From positions 732-64,731 of the forward strand of contig JAIQFX010000051.1 of the NCBI GenBank assembly GCA_020073005.1: a stretch of DNA of 64,000 nucleotides. The letters are read 5' to 3'. The notes beneath the pieces were generated by a model. The model saw only the letters and a list, made by a program, of their open reading frames with translations. It made no database searches and had not been told where the DNA came from. The translations under genes were made by a program, and so were the position numbers. Of the stretch, positions 27,286-36,464 are shown piece by piece (within the stretch, counting starts at the first letter, position 1; the number at the start of each line of letters is the position of its first letter). The DNA is from Terriglobia bacterium (GTDB taxonomy: Bacteria > Acidobacteriota > Vicinamibacteria > Vicinamibacterales > CAVVIG01).

Positions 27286-29469
27286 CTATCTGACAAAGAG
27301 ATAAATGGTGACGAACGCGAACACGCCGAACACCATCAGGAGCGCGTAGTTCTGCACGAGGCCCGTCTGCAGCCGCCGGAACCAGTAACTGCCTTCCTCG
27401 CAGACGCGGCCGACGAGGTTGACGACGCCGTCGACGACCGTGCTGTCGGTCAGGCCCGAGAACCACGCGCTGATGACCGTCAGCCAGCCCGTGCCGTTCA
27501 CCGCGCCGTCGACCACGTTCCGATCGAACGACCAGAGCCCGCGGCCGCTGGCGAGCGTCCCCGAGATCACGGTCGCGTTGTACAGCTCGTCGACGTAGTA
27601 CTTGTTCGAGAGCAGCTTGTGCGGTCCGGCCCACTGCTCCGCCAGTCCCTGCGAGATCTCGGGGCTCGTCACGTAGAACTTGCGCGCCAGGCCGATACCG
27701 GCGGCGGCGATCAGCACCGAGAAGCCCATCAGCCCGAGCTCGACGCCGCGCGACACGTGAGGCTCAGCTTCATGCTCGGCTTCGGCAGCCGGCGCGGCCG
27801 CGTGGCCCTCGCCGCCGGCCACGGCTTGCGCCGTGAAGCTCGGCTCCAGGAAGTGCTCGATCGTGTTCGGGCCGTTGAGCGCGGCCGGAATGCCGAAGAA
27901 CCCCGCGACGACCGCGCCGACGGCGAGCGCCATCAGCGGGAACGTCATCGGCGTCGGCGACTCGTGCGGTCCGTGCCACGCGCCGTGACCGTGACCGTGA
28001 CCGTGATCGTCGGGCGCCGCGTGGCCGTGCGCGTCATGACCGCTCGCGTGCGCCGGATCGGCGTGACCGTGCGCGGCTCCCGCGCCTTCCCATTCGGGTC
28101 CGCGGTACGCGCCGAGGAACGTCATCGACACGAGCCGGAACATGTAGAACGCGGTCATCAGCGCGGTGGCGACCGCGATCACCCAGATTGCCTTGTTGTT
28201 GATGAACGCGCGGAACAGGATTTCGTCCTTGCTGAAGAATCCTGAGAGCGGCGGGATGCCGGCGATCGCGAGCGTGCCGATGAACATCGTGGCGAACGTG
28301 ACCGGCATGTATTTCTTCAGGCCGCCCATGTGCCGCATGTCCTGCTCGCCCGCCATCGCGTGGATGACGGACCCGCTGCCGAGGAAAAGCAGCGCCTTGA
28401 AGAACGCGTGCGTCATCAGATGGAACGCGCCGGCCGAGAACGCGCCGACGCCCATCGCCGTGAACATGTAGCCGAGCTGCGAGACCGTCGAATACGCGAG
28501 CACGCGCTTGATGTCGTACTGCACGAGGCCGATCGACGCCGCCATGAACGCGGTCAGCACGCCGACGATCGCGACAATCTGCATGACCATCGGCGCGTGC
28601 GAGAACAGGACCGCGTTCCGGCCGACCATGTACACGCCCGCGGTGACCATCGTCGCCGCGTGGATCAGCGCCGACACCGGCGTCGGGCCTTCCATCGCGT
28701 CCGGCAGCCAGACGTACAGCGGAATCTGCGCGCTCTTGCCGGTCGCGCCGACGAACAGGAAGAGGCAGATGAACGAGAGCACGCCGAAATGCGTGGTCTC
28801 GACCGTCATCGTCGCGGCCGCGTTCTGCACCGCCCGGAAGTCGAACGTGCCGAACATGTAATAGATGAGGAAGACGCCCAGCACGAAACCCCAGTCGCCG
28901 ATGCGGTTCGTGATGAAGGCTTTCTTGCCGGCGTCCGAGGCGCTCTTCTTTTCGTACCAGTAGCCGATCAGCAGGTACGAGCAGAGACCCACGCCCTCCC
29001 AGCCCACGAACATCACCAGGAAGTTGTTTCCCAGGACGAGCATGAGCATGAAGAAGCAGAACAGGTTGAGGTAGCAGAAGAAGCGCGCCACGCCGCCGCG
29101 CGGCTCCTCCGCCATGTACGCCGTCGAGTAGACGTGGATGAGCGTGCCGATGCCGGTGACGACGAGAATCATCAGCCCGGACAGCGGATCGAGGCGGAAG
29201 CCCCACGGAATCTGCAGGCCGCCCACGCCGTGCTGCGTCATGAGCGGGATCGACGGAATCCACTGCGCGATGACGACGTCGAAGGCGCGCGACTCGGACG
29301 GCAGCCCGAGCAGCTGCCAGAACGCGAAGAGCGACAGCGCCAGCGCCGCCGTCATCATCGTGCAGGCCACGACGCCCGCCGTCTTGCGCGAGAACGAACG
29401 GATGCCGATGAGGCCGTTGATGGCGGCCCCGGCGCCCGGAAGCAGTGGAATCAGCCAGATGTATTTCAT
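27286..29469 (-). CDS. nuoL: NADH-quinone oxidoreductase subunit L (with a His-rich loop insertion)
   Basis: 727 aa. Motifs MKYIWLIPLLPGAGA... and WLPDAMEGPTPVSALIHAATMVTAG. The ATG follows the nuoK stop directly. Confidence 0.9.
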   Translation of the reverse strand: MKYIWLIPLLPGAGAAINGLIGIRSFSRKTAGVVACTMMTAALALSLFAFWQLLGLPSESRAFDVVIAQWIPSIPLMTQHGVGGLQIPWGFRLDPLSGLMILVVTGIGTLIHVYSTAYMAEEPRGGVARFFCYLNLFCFFMLMLVLGNNFLVMFVGWEGVGLCSYLLIGYWYEKKSASDAGKKAFITNRIGDWGFVLGVFLIYYMFGTFDFRAVQNAAATMTVETTHFGVLSFICLFLFVGATGKSAQIPLYVWLPDAMEGPTPVSALIHAATMVTAGVYMVGRNAVLFSHAPMVMQIVAIVGVLTAFMAASIGLVQYDIKRVLAYSTVSQLGYMFTAMGVGAFSAGAFHLMTHAFFKALLFLGSGSVIHAMAGEQDMRHMGGLKKYMPVTFATMFIGTLAIAGIPPLSGFFSKDEILFRAFINNKAIWVIAVATALMTAFYMFRLVSMTFLGAYRGPEWEGAGAAHGHADPAHASGHDAHGHAAPDDHGHGHGHGAWHGPHESPTPMTFPLMALAVGAVVAGFFGIPAALNGPNTIEHFLEPSFTAQAVAGGEGHAAAPAAEAEHEAEPHVSRGVELGLMGFSVLIAAAGIGLARKFYVTSPEISQGLAEQWAGPHKLLSNKYYVDELYNATVISGTLASGRGLWSFDRNVVDGAVNGTGWLTVISAWFSGLTDSTVVDGVVNLVGRVCEEGSYWFRRLQTGLVQNYALLMVFGVFAFVTIYLFVR

Positions 29470-29775
29470 TTACGACCGCATCACATTCATCTCGTCGATG
29501 TTGACGGTCTCTTTGTTGCGGTAGAACGCGAGGATGATGCCGAGGCCGACGGCCGCCTCGGCCGCCGCGACCGCGATGACGAAGATCGCGAACACCTGCC
29601 CGATGCCGTTCTGCAGCTGCTGCGAGAAGGCGATGAGGTTGATGTTCACCGCGTTCAGAATCAGCTCGATCGACATGAAGATGATGATGATGTTGCGGCG
29701 CACCATGACGCCCACCACGCCGATCGTGAAGAGCGCGGCCGAGAGCAGAATGTAGTGGGTCGTGGTGATCGGCAT
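29470..29775 (-). CDS. nuoK: NADH-quinone oxidoreductase subunit K
   Basis: 101 aa. [28 protein letters not shown]...[10 protein letters not shown]...[11 protein letters not shown] is a typical three-helix NuoK. Confidence 0.9.
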   Translation of the reverse strand: MPITTTHYILLSAALFTIGVVGVMVRRNIIIIFMSIELILNAVNINLIAFSQQLQNGIGQVFAIFVIAVAAAEAAVGLGIILAFYRNKETVNIDEMNVMRS

Positions 29776-30287
29776 CACAGTTCCCTCTTGGCCAACACGA
29801 TCGCGCCAATCATCGCGACCAGCAGCAGCATCGACGCAATCTCGAACGGAATCAGGTAGCTGGTGTAGAGCAGCCAGCCAATCTGCGCGGTGTTGCCGGT
29901 CACGGGCATCGCCGCCCCCGGCACCGGGACCATCGCCGGCTGCGAGTGCCCGTAGACCGCGATGGCGCCGACTTCGACCAGCACGGCCGCGGCCAGCAGG
30001 AATCCGAGCATCGTCCGGCGATGCGGATCCGAGTGCGCCTCCGGCGGCCGCTTGAGATTCACCAGCATGACGACGAACAAATACAACACGACGATGCCGC
30101 CCGCGTAGACGAGCACCTGAATCGCGGCGAGGAACTCGGCGCCCAGCAGGACGTACAGCGCGGCCACGAACAGGAAGTCCATCACCAGGAACAGCACGCT
30201 GTGCACGGTGTCCTTCGTGCTGACCACCAGCACGGCGAATCCGAGAATGCACGCGGCGATGAAGTAGAACGCGATCGCTTGCGCCAT
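29775..30287 (-). CDS. nuoJ: NADH-quinone oxidoreductase subunit J
   Basis: 170 aa. [35 protein letters not shown]...[14 protein letters not shown]. The ATG shares one nucleotide with the nuoH stop (TGATG), so there is no room for nuoI. Confidence 0.85.
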   Translation of the reverse strand: MAQAIAFYFIAACILGFAVLVVSTKDTVHSVLFLVMDFLFVAALYVLLGAEFLAAIQVLVYAGGIVVLYLFVVMLVNLKRPPEAHSDPHRRTMLGFLLAAAVLVEVGAIAVYGHSQPAMVPVPGAAMPVTGNTAQIGWLLYTSYLIPFEIASMLLLVAMIGAIVLAKREL

Positions 30288-31309
30288 CAGAGCAGCATCA
30301 CTTTGATGATCCCGGTGACCACCAGATTCGCGATCGCCAGCGGAATCAGAACCTTCCATCCGAGCCGCATCAGCTGGTCGTAGCGGTAGCGCGGCAGCGT
30401 CGCGCGAACCCAGATGAAGATGTAGAGGAAGACGAACGACTTGACCAGGAACCAGGTCCACGACGGGATGAAATCGAGGAACGAGAGAAACGCGACGTTC
30501 GGGAACGGACGCAGCCACCCGCCGAGGAACAGCGTCGTCGCGACCGACGAGACGACGATCATGTTCGCGTATTCGGCGAGGAAGAACAGCGCGAAGCGCA
30601 TCCCGCTGTATTCGGTGTGGAAGCCGCCGGTCAGCTCCTGCTCCGCTTCCGGCAAATCGAACGGCGCGCGGTTGGTTTCGGCGAGGCCGCCGATGAAGAA
30701 GATCAGGAACGCCAGCGGCTGCACGAACGCGTACCACATGTGCGAGCTCTGCTGCGCGCGCACGATGCTGACCATGCTGAGCGAACCGGCCATCATGATG
30801 ACGCTCACGAGCGTCAGCGTGACCGCGACTTCATAGGAAATCAGCTGCGCCGACGCGCGCAGGCTGGCCAGCAGCGGGTACTTGCTGTTCGACGCGTAGC
30901 CCGCCAGGATGATCCCGTACACGCCGACCGACGCGACCGAGACGATGTAGAGCAGGCCGACGTTGATGTCGGTGATGTAGAGCGTCACCTGCCGGCCGAA
31001 CAGCTTCACCTCGGGCCCGAACGGAATCACCGCGTACACGATGAGCGCCGGCACCATCGAGATGATCGGCGCGATCGTGAAGACCCACCGGTCGGCGCGG
31101 ACCGGCGTGATGTCTTCCTTGATCATCAGCTTCACGGCGTCGGCGACCGGCTGCAGGATGCCGTACGGGCCGACGCGCATCGGGCCGAGCCGCGACTGCG
31201 CCCACGCGATCACCTTCCGCTCGAGCAGCACCATGTAGGTGACCGAGACGAGCGTCGCGTTGAGGACGATGACGATCTTGAGCAGCGGGATGACCAGCGT
31301 GTCGATCAT
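30287..31309 (-). CDS. nuoH: NADH-quinone oxidoreductase subunit H
   Basis: 340 aa from the ATG at 31309. Motifs ...[34 protein letters not shown]... and ...[29 protein letters not shown]... Confidence 0.9.
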   Translation of the reverse strand: MIDTLVIPLLKIVIVLNATLVSVTYMVLLERKVIAWAQSRLGPMRVGPYGILQPVADAVKLMIKEDITPVRADRWVFTIAPIISMVPALIVYAVIPFGPEVKLFGRQVTLYITDINVGLLYIVSVASVGVYGIILAGYASNSKYPLLASLRASAQLISYEVAVTLTLVSVIMMAGSLSMVSIVRAQQSSHMWYAFVQPLAFLIFFIGGLAETNRAPFDLPEAEQELTGGFHTEYSGMRFALFFLAEYANMIVVSSVATTLFLGGWLRPFPNVAFLSFLDFIPSWTWFLVKSFVFLYIFIWVRATLPRYRYDQLMRLGWKVLIPLAIANLVVTGIIKVMLL

Positions 31310-31331
31310 TTCAGTTCTTGGCCGCAGGCGC

Positions 31332-32462
31332 TCACCGGTCGACCTCACCGAGCACGACGTCGAGCGATCCGATGAGCGCGACGACGTCTGCAACAAGATG
31401 GCCCTTGATCAGCGTGCGCAGCCCCTGGAGATTGCAGAACGACGGCGGCCGGACGCGGAACCGGTACGGGTTGGTCGATTTGCCGTCGCTGACGATGAAG
31501 TAGCCGAGCTCGCCCTTCGGCGATTCGATCGCGTGATAGGTTTCCCCCGCCGGCGGTTTGATCAGGCGCGGCACCTTGCCGACGATCGGGCCCTCGGGAA
31601 TGCCCTCGGTCGCCTGCCGGATGACGCGCAGCGACTGGCGGAATTCCTCGAGCCGCACCAGATACCGATCGTAGGTGTCGCCGGCCGTGCCGATCGGCAC
31701 GTCGAACTCCATCTCGTCGTACGCGGCGTAGGGCTCGTCCTTGCGGACGTCGCGCGGCACGCCCGAGCCGCGCAGCGGCGGGCCGCTCAGCCCGAGCGCC
31801 ACGGCCGCCGGACCGTCGATCACGCCGATGCCTTTGGTGCGCTCCAGCCAGATCCGGTTGTGCGTCAGCAGCTCCTCGTACTCGTCGATCTTCGTGGCCA
31901 TGATCGTGCAGAACTCGAGGACCTTCTTGTCCCAGCCGGGCGGGATGTCCAGCGGCAGTCCGCCGATGCGCATCGAGTTGTACGTGAGGCGCGCGCCGCA
32001 CATTTCCTCGAAGAGATCGAGAATCAGCTCGCGCTCGCGGAACGCGTAGAGGAACACGGTCATCGCGCCGATGTCCATCGCGTGCGTGCCGACCCAGAGG
32101 CAGTGGCTCGCGATCCGCTGCAGCTCGCACAGAATCGTCCGCACGTACCGCGCGCGGCGCGGCACCTCGAGCGACATCAGCTTCTCGACCGTCTCGCAGT
32201 AGCCGACGTTGTTGGTCGCGGCCGCGACGTAGTCCATCCGGTCGGTGAGCAGGATGATCTGCGTCCAGTTGCGGTTCTCGCTCAGCTTCTCGATGCCGCG
32301 GTGCAGGTAGCCGATGACGACGTCGGCGTCCACCACCTTCTCGCCGTCCAGGCGCAGGACGACGCGCAGCACGCCGTGCGTGCTCGGATGCTGCGGGCCC
32401 ATGTTCAGCACCAGCTCGTTGGTGTCGAACATGGCGCCGTGATGAATGACCGGTGTGTCCAT
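31332..32462 (-). CDS. nuoD: NADH-quinone oxidoreductase subunit D
   Basis: 376 aa. Motif ...[26 protein letters not shown]...[11 protein letters not shown]..., ending [13 protein letters not shown]. Confidence 0.9.
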   Translation of the reverse strand: MDTPVIHHGAMFDTNELVLNMGPQHPSTHGVLRVVLRLDGEKVVDADVVIGYLHRGIEKLSENRNWTQIILLTDRMDYVAAATNNVGYCETVEKLMSLEVPRRARYVRTILCELQRIASHCLWVGTHAMDIGAMTVFLYAFRERELILDLFEEMCGARLTYNSMRIGGLPLDIPPGWDKKVLEFCTIMATKIDEYEELLTHNRIWLERTKGIGVIDGPAAVALGLSGPPLRGSGVPRDVRKDEPYAAYDEMEFDVPIGTAGDTYDRYLVRLEEFRQSLRVIRQATEGIPEGPIVGKVPRLIKPPAGETYHAIESPKGELGYFIVSDGKSTNPYRFRVRPPSFCNLQGLRTLIKGHLVADVVALIGSLDVVLGEVDR

Positions 32463-32490
32463 TTTTCAATGGGCCGAGCGAACTCGGCCC

Positions 32491-33096
32491 TTACTCAATG
32501 TCCGCCTGCTCGCGCGACTGGCGCAGCTTGAGCCACTCGATCGGATTTTCGAGTAGCAGTTCGCCCGGCCCTTCGAGCGGATAGTCCTTGCGCTGCGGGT
32601 GGCCCTGCCAGTCTTCGGGCATCAGGATGCGCCGGCGATCCGGATGTCCGGTGAAGCCGACGCCGAACATGTCGTAGACCTCGCGCTCCAGCCACCCGGC
32701 CGCGGGCCAGACGCCGGTGACCGACGCCAGCGGCTGCTGCTCGCCGAGAATCACCTTCAGCCGGACGCGATGCCGGTGCCGCGTCGAGTAGAGGCAGTAG
32801 ACGACGTCAAAGCGGCCTTCCGCGCGTGGCGGCCAGTCGGTCGCGGTGACGTCGGAACAGAAGTCGAACGCCGCGTCGGCGGCGTCGCGCAGGTGCTGTG
32901 CCACTTGCAGGATGAGCGCCGCGGGGACGACGAGCGTCCAGTCGCCAAGCCAGTAACTGACGTGCGTCACGCCTCCGGGCACCGCCGCGTGAAGCGTCGC
33001 GATGAACGCGGGCGCCGTGACGTCGGCCGGCGGCGGCGGATCGGGAGGGCCCGTCGGCGCGGCGGCCTTCGGGACATGCGCGGGCGCGTCAGCCAT
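32491..33096 (-). CDS. nuoC: NADH-quinone oxidoreductase subunit C
   Basis: 201 aa. Motif ...DVVYCLYSTRHRHRVRLKV...WPAAGWLEREVYDMFGVGFTGHPD. The ATG immediately follows the nuoA TAA, so no nuoB lies between them. Confidence 0.85.
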   Translation of the reverse strand: MADAPAHVPKAAAPTGPPDPPPPADVTAPAFIATLHAAVPGGVTHVSYWLGDWTLVVPAALILQVAQHLRDAADAAFDFCSDVTATDWPPRAEGRFDVVYCLYSTRHRHRVRLKVILGEQQPLASVTGVWPAAGWLEREVYDMFGVGFTGHPDRRRILMPEDWQGHPQRKDYPLEGPGELLLENPIEWLKLRQSREQADIE

Positions 33097-33453
33097 TTAG
33101 ACCCATTCCAGCGCGCCCTTTTGCCACGCGTAGTAATAGCCAACGACCAGGATGAAGATGAACACGAGCATCTCGATCAGCCCGAACAGGAGCAGCTTGT
33201 CGAAGATGACGGCCCAGGGAAACATGAAAACGGTCTCGACGTCGAAAATCACGAACAGCATCGCGACCAGGTAGTACCGGATGCTGTAGCGATCGCGCGC
33301 GTCGCTGAGCGGCTCGATGCCGCACTCGTACGGCTCGAGCTTGACTTTGTTGTACTTGCTCGGATGAATCAGACTCGTGAAGACGAGCGTGAACAACGCA
33401 AAGCCGGTCGCAACGGCGACGAAAATGGCGATTGGGATGTAAGAAGAAAGCAT
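33097..33453 (-). CDS. nuoA: NADH-quinone oxidoreductase subunit A
   Basis: 118 aa. Motif ...KLEPYECGIEP...RYSIRYYLVAMLFVIFDVETVFMFPWA... Confidence 0.9.
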   Translation of the reverse strand: MLSSYIPIAIFVAVATGFALFTLVFTSLIHPSKYNKVKLEPYECGIEPLSDARDRYSIRYYLVAMLFVIFDVETVFMFPWAVIFDKLLLFGLIEMLVFIFILVVGYYYAWQKGALEWV

Positions 33454-33608
33454 TGAGGTGACGCGTCGCGAGAGAAAAACGCGACAGAGAAAAGCCGTTG
33501 GTTTATAACACGCGACCTGAGGGGTGTCAAGAAAACGGCCGCCCGCGGTTTCGGTGCAATCATTCGCCGCAACCTACAGATTTCAAACCATTTTTCGTCG
33601 GCGAATCC

Positions 33609-33638
33609 TTGACGCTCCTCTGAAGCGGGACCTATACT
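33609..33638 (+). promoter_or_regulatory. Sigma70-like promoter candidate giving a (near-)leaderless VWA transcript
   Basis: TTGACG (33609-33614), an 18-nt spacer, then TATACT (33633-33638). The ATG at 33645 lies only 6 nt after the -10 box and has no SD. Confidence 0.4.
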
Positions 33639-33644
33639 CATTCG

Positions 33645-34541
33645 ATGAACGCTGGGCGCATTTGGCCCGCACTCCTGCTCGCCGCGCTCGTCCTGACCTG
33701 GCCGGGCCGGCTCGCCGCGCAAGCCATCCAGCGATCCATGTACGTCAGCGTGATCACCGACGCCGGCGCGCCGGTGCCCGATCTCGGACCGCCGGACTTC
33801 ATCGTGCGCGAAGACAACGTCGCGCGCGAAGTCCTGCACGTCGAACCCGCGACGGACCCGATGCAGGTGGCCGTGCTCGTCGACACGAGCCAGCAGGCGC
33901 GCAACGACATCGCCTACATGCGGACGGCGCTGCCGCCGTTTGTCGCCACCTTGACCGAAGGTGCCGTCAAGAGCGAGGTCGCGATCATCGGGTTCGGCGA
34001 GCGGCCGACGACCCTCTCCGACTACACGACCAGCCGCGCGACGCTGCAGAAAGGCGTCGATCGCATCTGGTCGCAGCAGGGCTCGGGCGCGTACCTGCTC
34101 GACGCGATCACCGAGATCAGCGAGGGCTTCAAGAAGAAGGAATCGCGGCGGCCGGTGATCGTCGCCATCGCGGCTGAAGGCGCCGAGTACAGCTTCCGTC
34201 AGTACGATCAGGTGCTCGAAGCGCTCGCCGGCGGCGGCGCGGCGTTCTACGCGATCATGCTGGGCACGCCGTCATCGTCGGTGAGCCAGGAAGCCATCAG
34301 CCGCAACATCGTTCTCGATCGCGGCCCGAATAACAGCGGAGGCCGGCGCGAGCAGTTGCTCAGCGCCATCGCGCTCGGCGAAAAGCTGAAGCAGCTCGGC
34401 GACCAGCTCACGCACATGTACAAGGTGACCTACGCGCGGCCGCAGTCGCTCATCCCGCCGGAGAAGGTCACCGTCGCGGCCACCGGCGCCGGACGCACGG
34501 CGCACGGCACATTGATCAAGGACGACAAGGGCCGTCGATGA
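33645..34541 (+). CDS. VWA-like (TIGR03436-style) exported protein
   Basis: 298 aa with signal peptide ...LTWPGRLAAQA. Motifs VSVITDAGAPVPDLGPPDFIVREDNVAREV and VAVLVDTSQQARND, tail YKVTYARP. The stop overlaps the next ATG (ATGA). Confidence 0.7.
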   Translation: MNAGRIWPALLLAALVLTWPGRLAAQAIQRSMYVSVITDAGAPVPDLGPPDFIVREDNVAREVLHVEPATDPMQVAVLVDTSQQARNDIAYMRTALPPFVATLTEGAVKSEVAIIGFGERPTTLSDYTTSRATLQKGVDRIWSQQGSGAYLLDAITEISEGFKKKESRRPVIVAIAAEGAEYSFRQYDQVLEALAGGGAAFYAIMLGTPSSSVSQEAISRNIVLDRGPNNSGGRREQLLSAIALGEKLKQLGDQLTHMYKVTYARPQSLIPPEKVTVAATGAGRTAHGTLIKDDKGRR

Positions 34542-35536
34542 CCCGGCATCTGAGGACATGGGCGGCCCCGGCGATCGCCGTCGCCATGGCTGCGGCACTG
34601 GTGAGCGTCTCGGCGCAAACGCCGGCGCAAACGCCGCCACCTGATCCGCAGGCGCCCGGCCGTCAGCAACCCCAGCAACCCTCGTTTCGCGCGGGCGTCG
34701 ACCTCGTGTCGCTGAACGTCACGGTCTCCGACGGCACCGGCAAGTACGTCACGGATCTCGGGACCGAGGATTTCAACGTGTTCGAGGACGGCGTCAAGCA
34801 GGACGTGACGTTCTTCACCAAGACCAACCTGCCGATTGCGCTGGCGCTGCTGCTCGACACGAGCGCCAGCATGGACACCAAGCTGCCGACCGCGCAGGAA
34901 GCGGCGATCGGCTTCGCGAAGCGGCTGCGGACGCAGGATCTCGCTGAAGTCATCGACTTCGACAGCCGCGTCGTCGTGCTGCAGAACTTCACCGCCAGCG
35001 CGCCCGAGCTCGAGCAGGCGATCCGCAAGACGTCGGCCGGCGGATCGACGTCGCTCTACAACGCGGTCTACATCGCGCTCAAGGATCTGAAGAAGGTCGT
35101 CGCGAAGAACGTCGACGAGATCCGCCGGCAGGCGATCGTCGTGCTGTCGGACGGCGAAGACACGTCGAGCCTGCTGCCGTTCGAGGAAGTGCTCGACCTC
35201 GCGAAGCGATCGGAAACGGCGATCTACTCCATCGGCCTGCGCGCGCCCGAAGGCCCGGGCTCGTCGAGCACCAAGGGATTCAAGGAAGCCGAGTTCGTCC
35301 TGCGGCAGTTCTCGCAGGAGACCGGCGGCCGCGCCTTCTTTCCATCGCAGCTCGCGGACCTCGCCGGCGTCTACGGCCAGATTTCCGACGAGCTGTCGAG
35401 CCAGTACACGGTCGGCTACACGCCGCGGAATCCGCGCCGCGACGGCTCGTGGCGCCGGATCGTGGTCCGGGTCGCGAGGCCGAACCTGACGGCGCGCACC
35501 AAGCTCGGCTACTTCGCGCCCACCACGCCGCGATGA
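34538..35536 (+). CDS. VWA domain protein (TIGR03436-like) with an intact MIDAS motif
   Basis: 332 aa with a signal peptide. Motifs FRAGVDLVSLNVTVSDGTGKYVTDLGTEDFNVFEDGVKQDV, LALLLDTSASMD (DxSxS) and GGSTSLYNAV, with tail YTVGYTP...WRRIVVRVARPNLTARTKLGY. Confidence 0.85.
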   Translation: MTRHLRTWAAPAIAVAMAAALVSVSAQTPAQTPPPDPQAPGRQQPQQPSFRAGVDLVSLNVTVSDGTGKYVTDLGTEDFNVFEDGVKQDVTFFTKTNLPIALALLLDTSASMDTKLPTAQEAAIGFAKRLRTQDLAEVIDFDSRVVVLQNFTASAPELEQAIRKTSAGGSTSLYNAVYIALKDLKKVVAKNVDEIRRQAIVVLSDGEDTSSLLPFEEVLDLAKRSETAIYSIGLRAPEGPGSSSTKGFKEAEFVLRQFSQETGGRAFFPSQLADLAGVYGQISDELSSQYTVGYTPRNPRRDGSWRRIVVRVARPNLTARTKLGYFAPTTPR

Positions 35537-36357
35537 ACGTCGCGCCGCTTGCCCTCTACACGGCGGCCATGGCGGCTTACGCCTGGCACTTCGCGCAGCG
35601 CAATCCGGCCGTCGGCCGCGCCGCGACGACGATGCTCGTCGCCGGCGCGCTCGCGCACACCTTCGTGATCGGCATGCTGACGATGGAGATCGGGCAGGTG
35701 CCGATGGCGGGCGCCACGTCCGCGATCTCGACGTTCGTCTGGCTGCTGGCCCTCGCGTATCTCTACACGGAGATGACGACCGACGAGCGCGCGATGGGCG
35801 TGTTCATCCTGCCGCTCCTCGTCCTGCTGCAGGCGATTCCGGCGATCCGTCCGATCGAGACGCGCGCGGCGGTGCTGCAGGGGCCGCTGTTCGGGATCCA
35901 CGTGTCGTCGCTGCTGTTCGCGTACGCCAGCTTCGCGCTCGCGTGCGTCATCGGCATCACGTACGTCCTGCTCTTCAAGGAGATCAAGGCCAAGCATCTC
36001 GGCTTCTTCTACGCGCGGCTGCCGTCGCTCCAGGTGCTGGACCGGATGAATCAGCGGGCGATCGTCATCGGCTGGATCTTCCTCACCTTGGGTTTGATCG
36101 TCGGCTTCATCTTCGCCGCCCAGGCGCGCGGCGGCTACGGATCGGGCGACCCGCGGGTGCAGGCCATGTCGCTCATGGATCCGAAGATCTTCGTCGCGCT
36201 CGTGTGCTGGGTCGTGTACTCGTTCGAGCTGTTCGGCGCGCGGCGGATCGGCTGGGGCGGACGGCGCACCGCGTACTTGTCGCTGCTCGGCTTCGTGATC
36301 GTGCTGCTGAACTTCGTGCCGATCAGCTACTTCTTTTCGAAGAGCCACAACTTCTAG
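35533..36357 (+). CDS. HemX/CcsA-like polytopic membrane protein (cytochrome c assembly protein family) preceding hemA
   Basis: 274 aa from the ATG at 35533, which overlaps the previous stop (ATGA). It has about 8 TM segments. A W-poor version of the WWD region (...SLMDPKIFVALVCWVVY...) is present. Its position upstream of hemA matches the hemAXCDBL-type operon layout. Confidence 0.6.
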   Translation: MNVAPLALYTAAMAAYAWHFAQRNPAVGRAATTMLVAGALAHTFVIGMLTMEIGQVPMAGATSAISTFVWLLALAYLYTEMTTDERAMGVFILPLLVLLQAIPAIRPIETRAAVLQGPLFGIHVSSLLFAYASFALACVIGITYVLLFKEIKAKHLGFFYARLPSLQVLDRMNQRAIVIGWIFLTLGLIVGFIFAAQARGGYGSGDPRVQAMSLMDPKIFVALVCWVVYSFELFGARRIGWGGRRTAYLSLLGFVIVLLNFVPISYFFSKSHNF

Positions 36358-36362
36358 CGATG

Positions 36363-36449
36363 AATCTGGTCATTGAGTCATTTGGTTACGTGGTCATTTT
36401 GAGGACGCACTCAATCGGCCACATCAATGACCAGATCACTAGATGACTC
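36363..36449. repeat. AT-richer inverted repeat (TGGTCAT-type heptamers) in the hemX-hemA gap
   Basis: atctggtcattga (36364-36376) is the exact reverse complement of tcaatgaccagat (36424-36436). There are further tggtcat / atgactc copies. Confidence 0.75.
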
Positions 36450-36464
36450 GATGAACACATTCGC

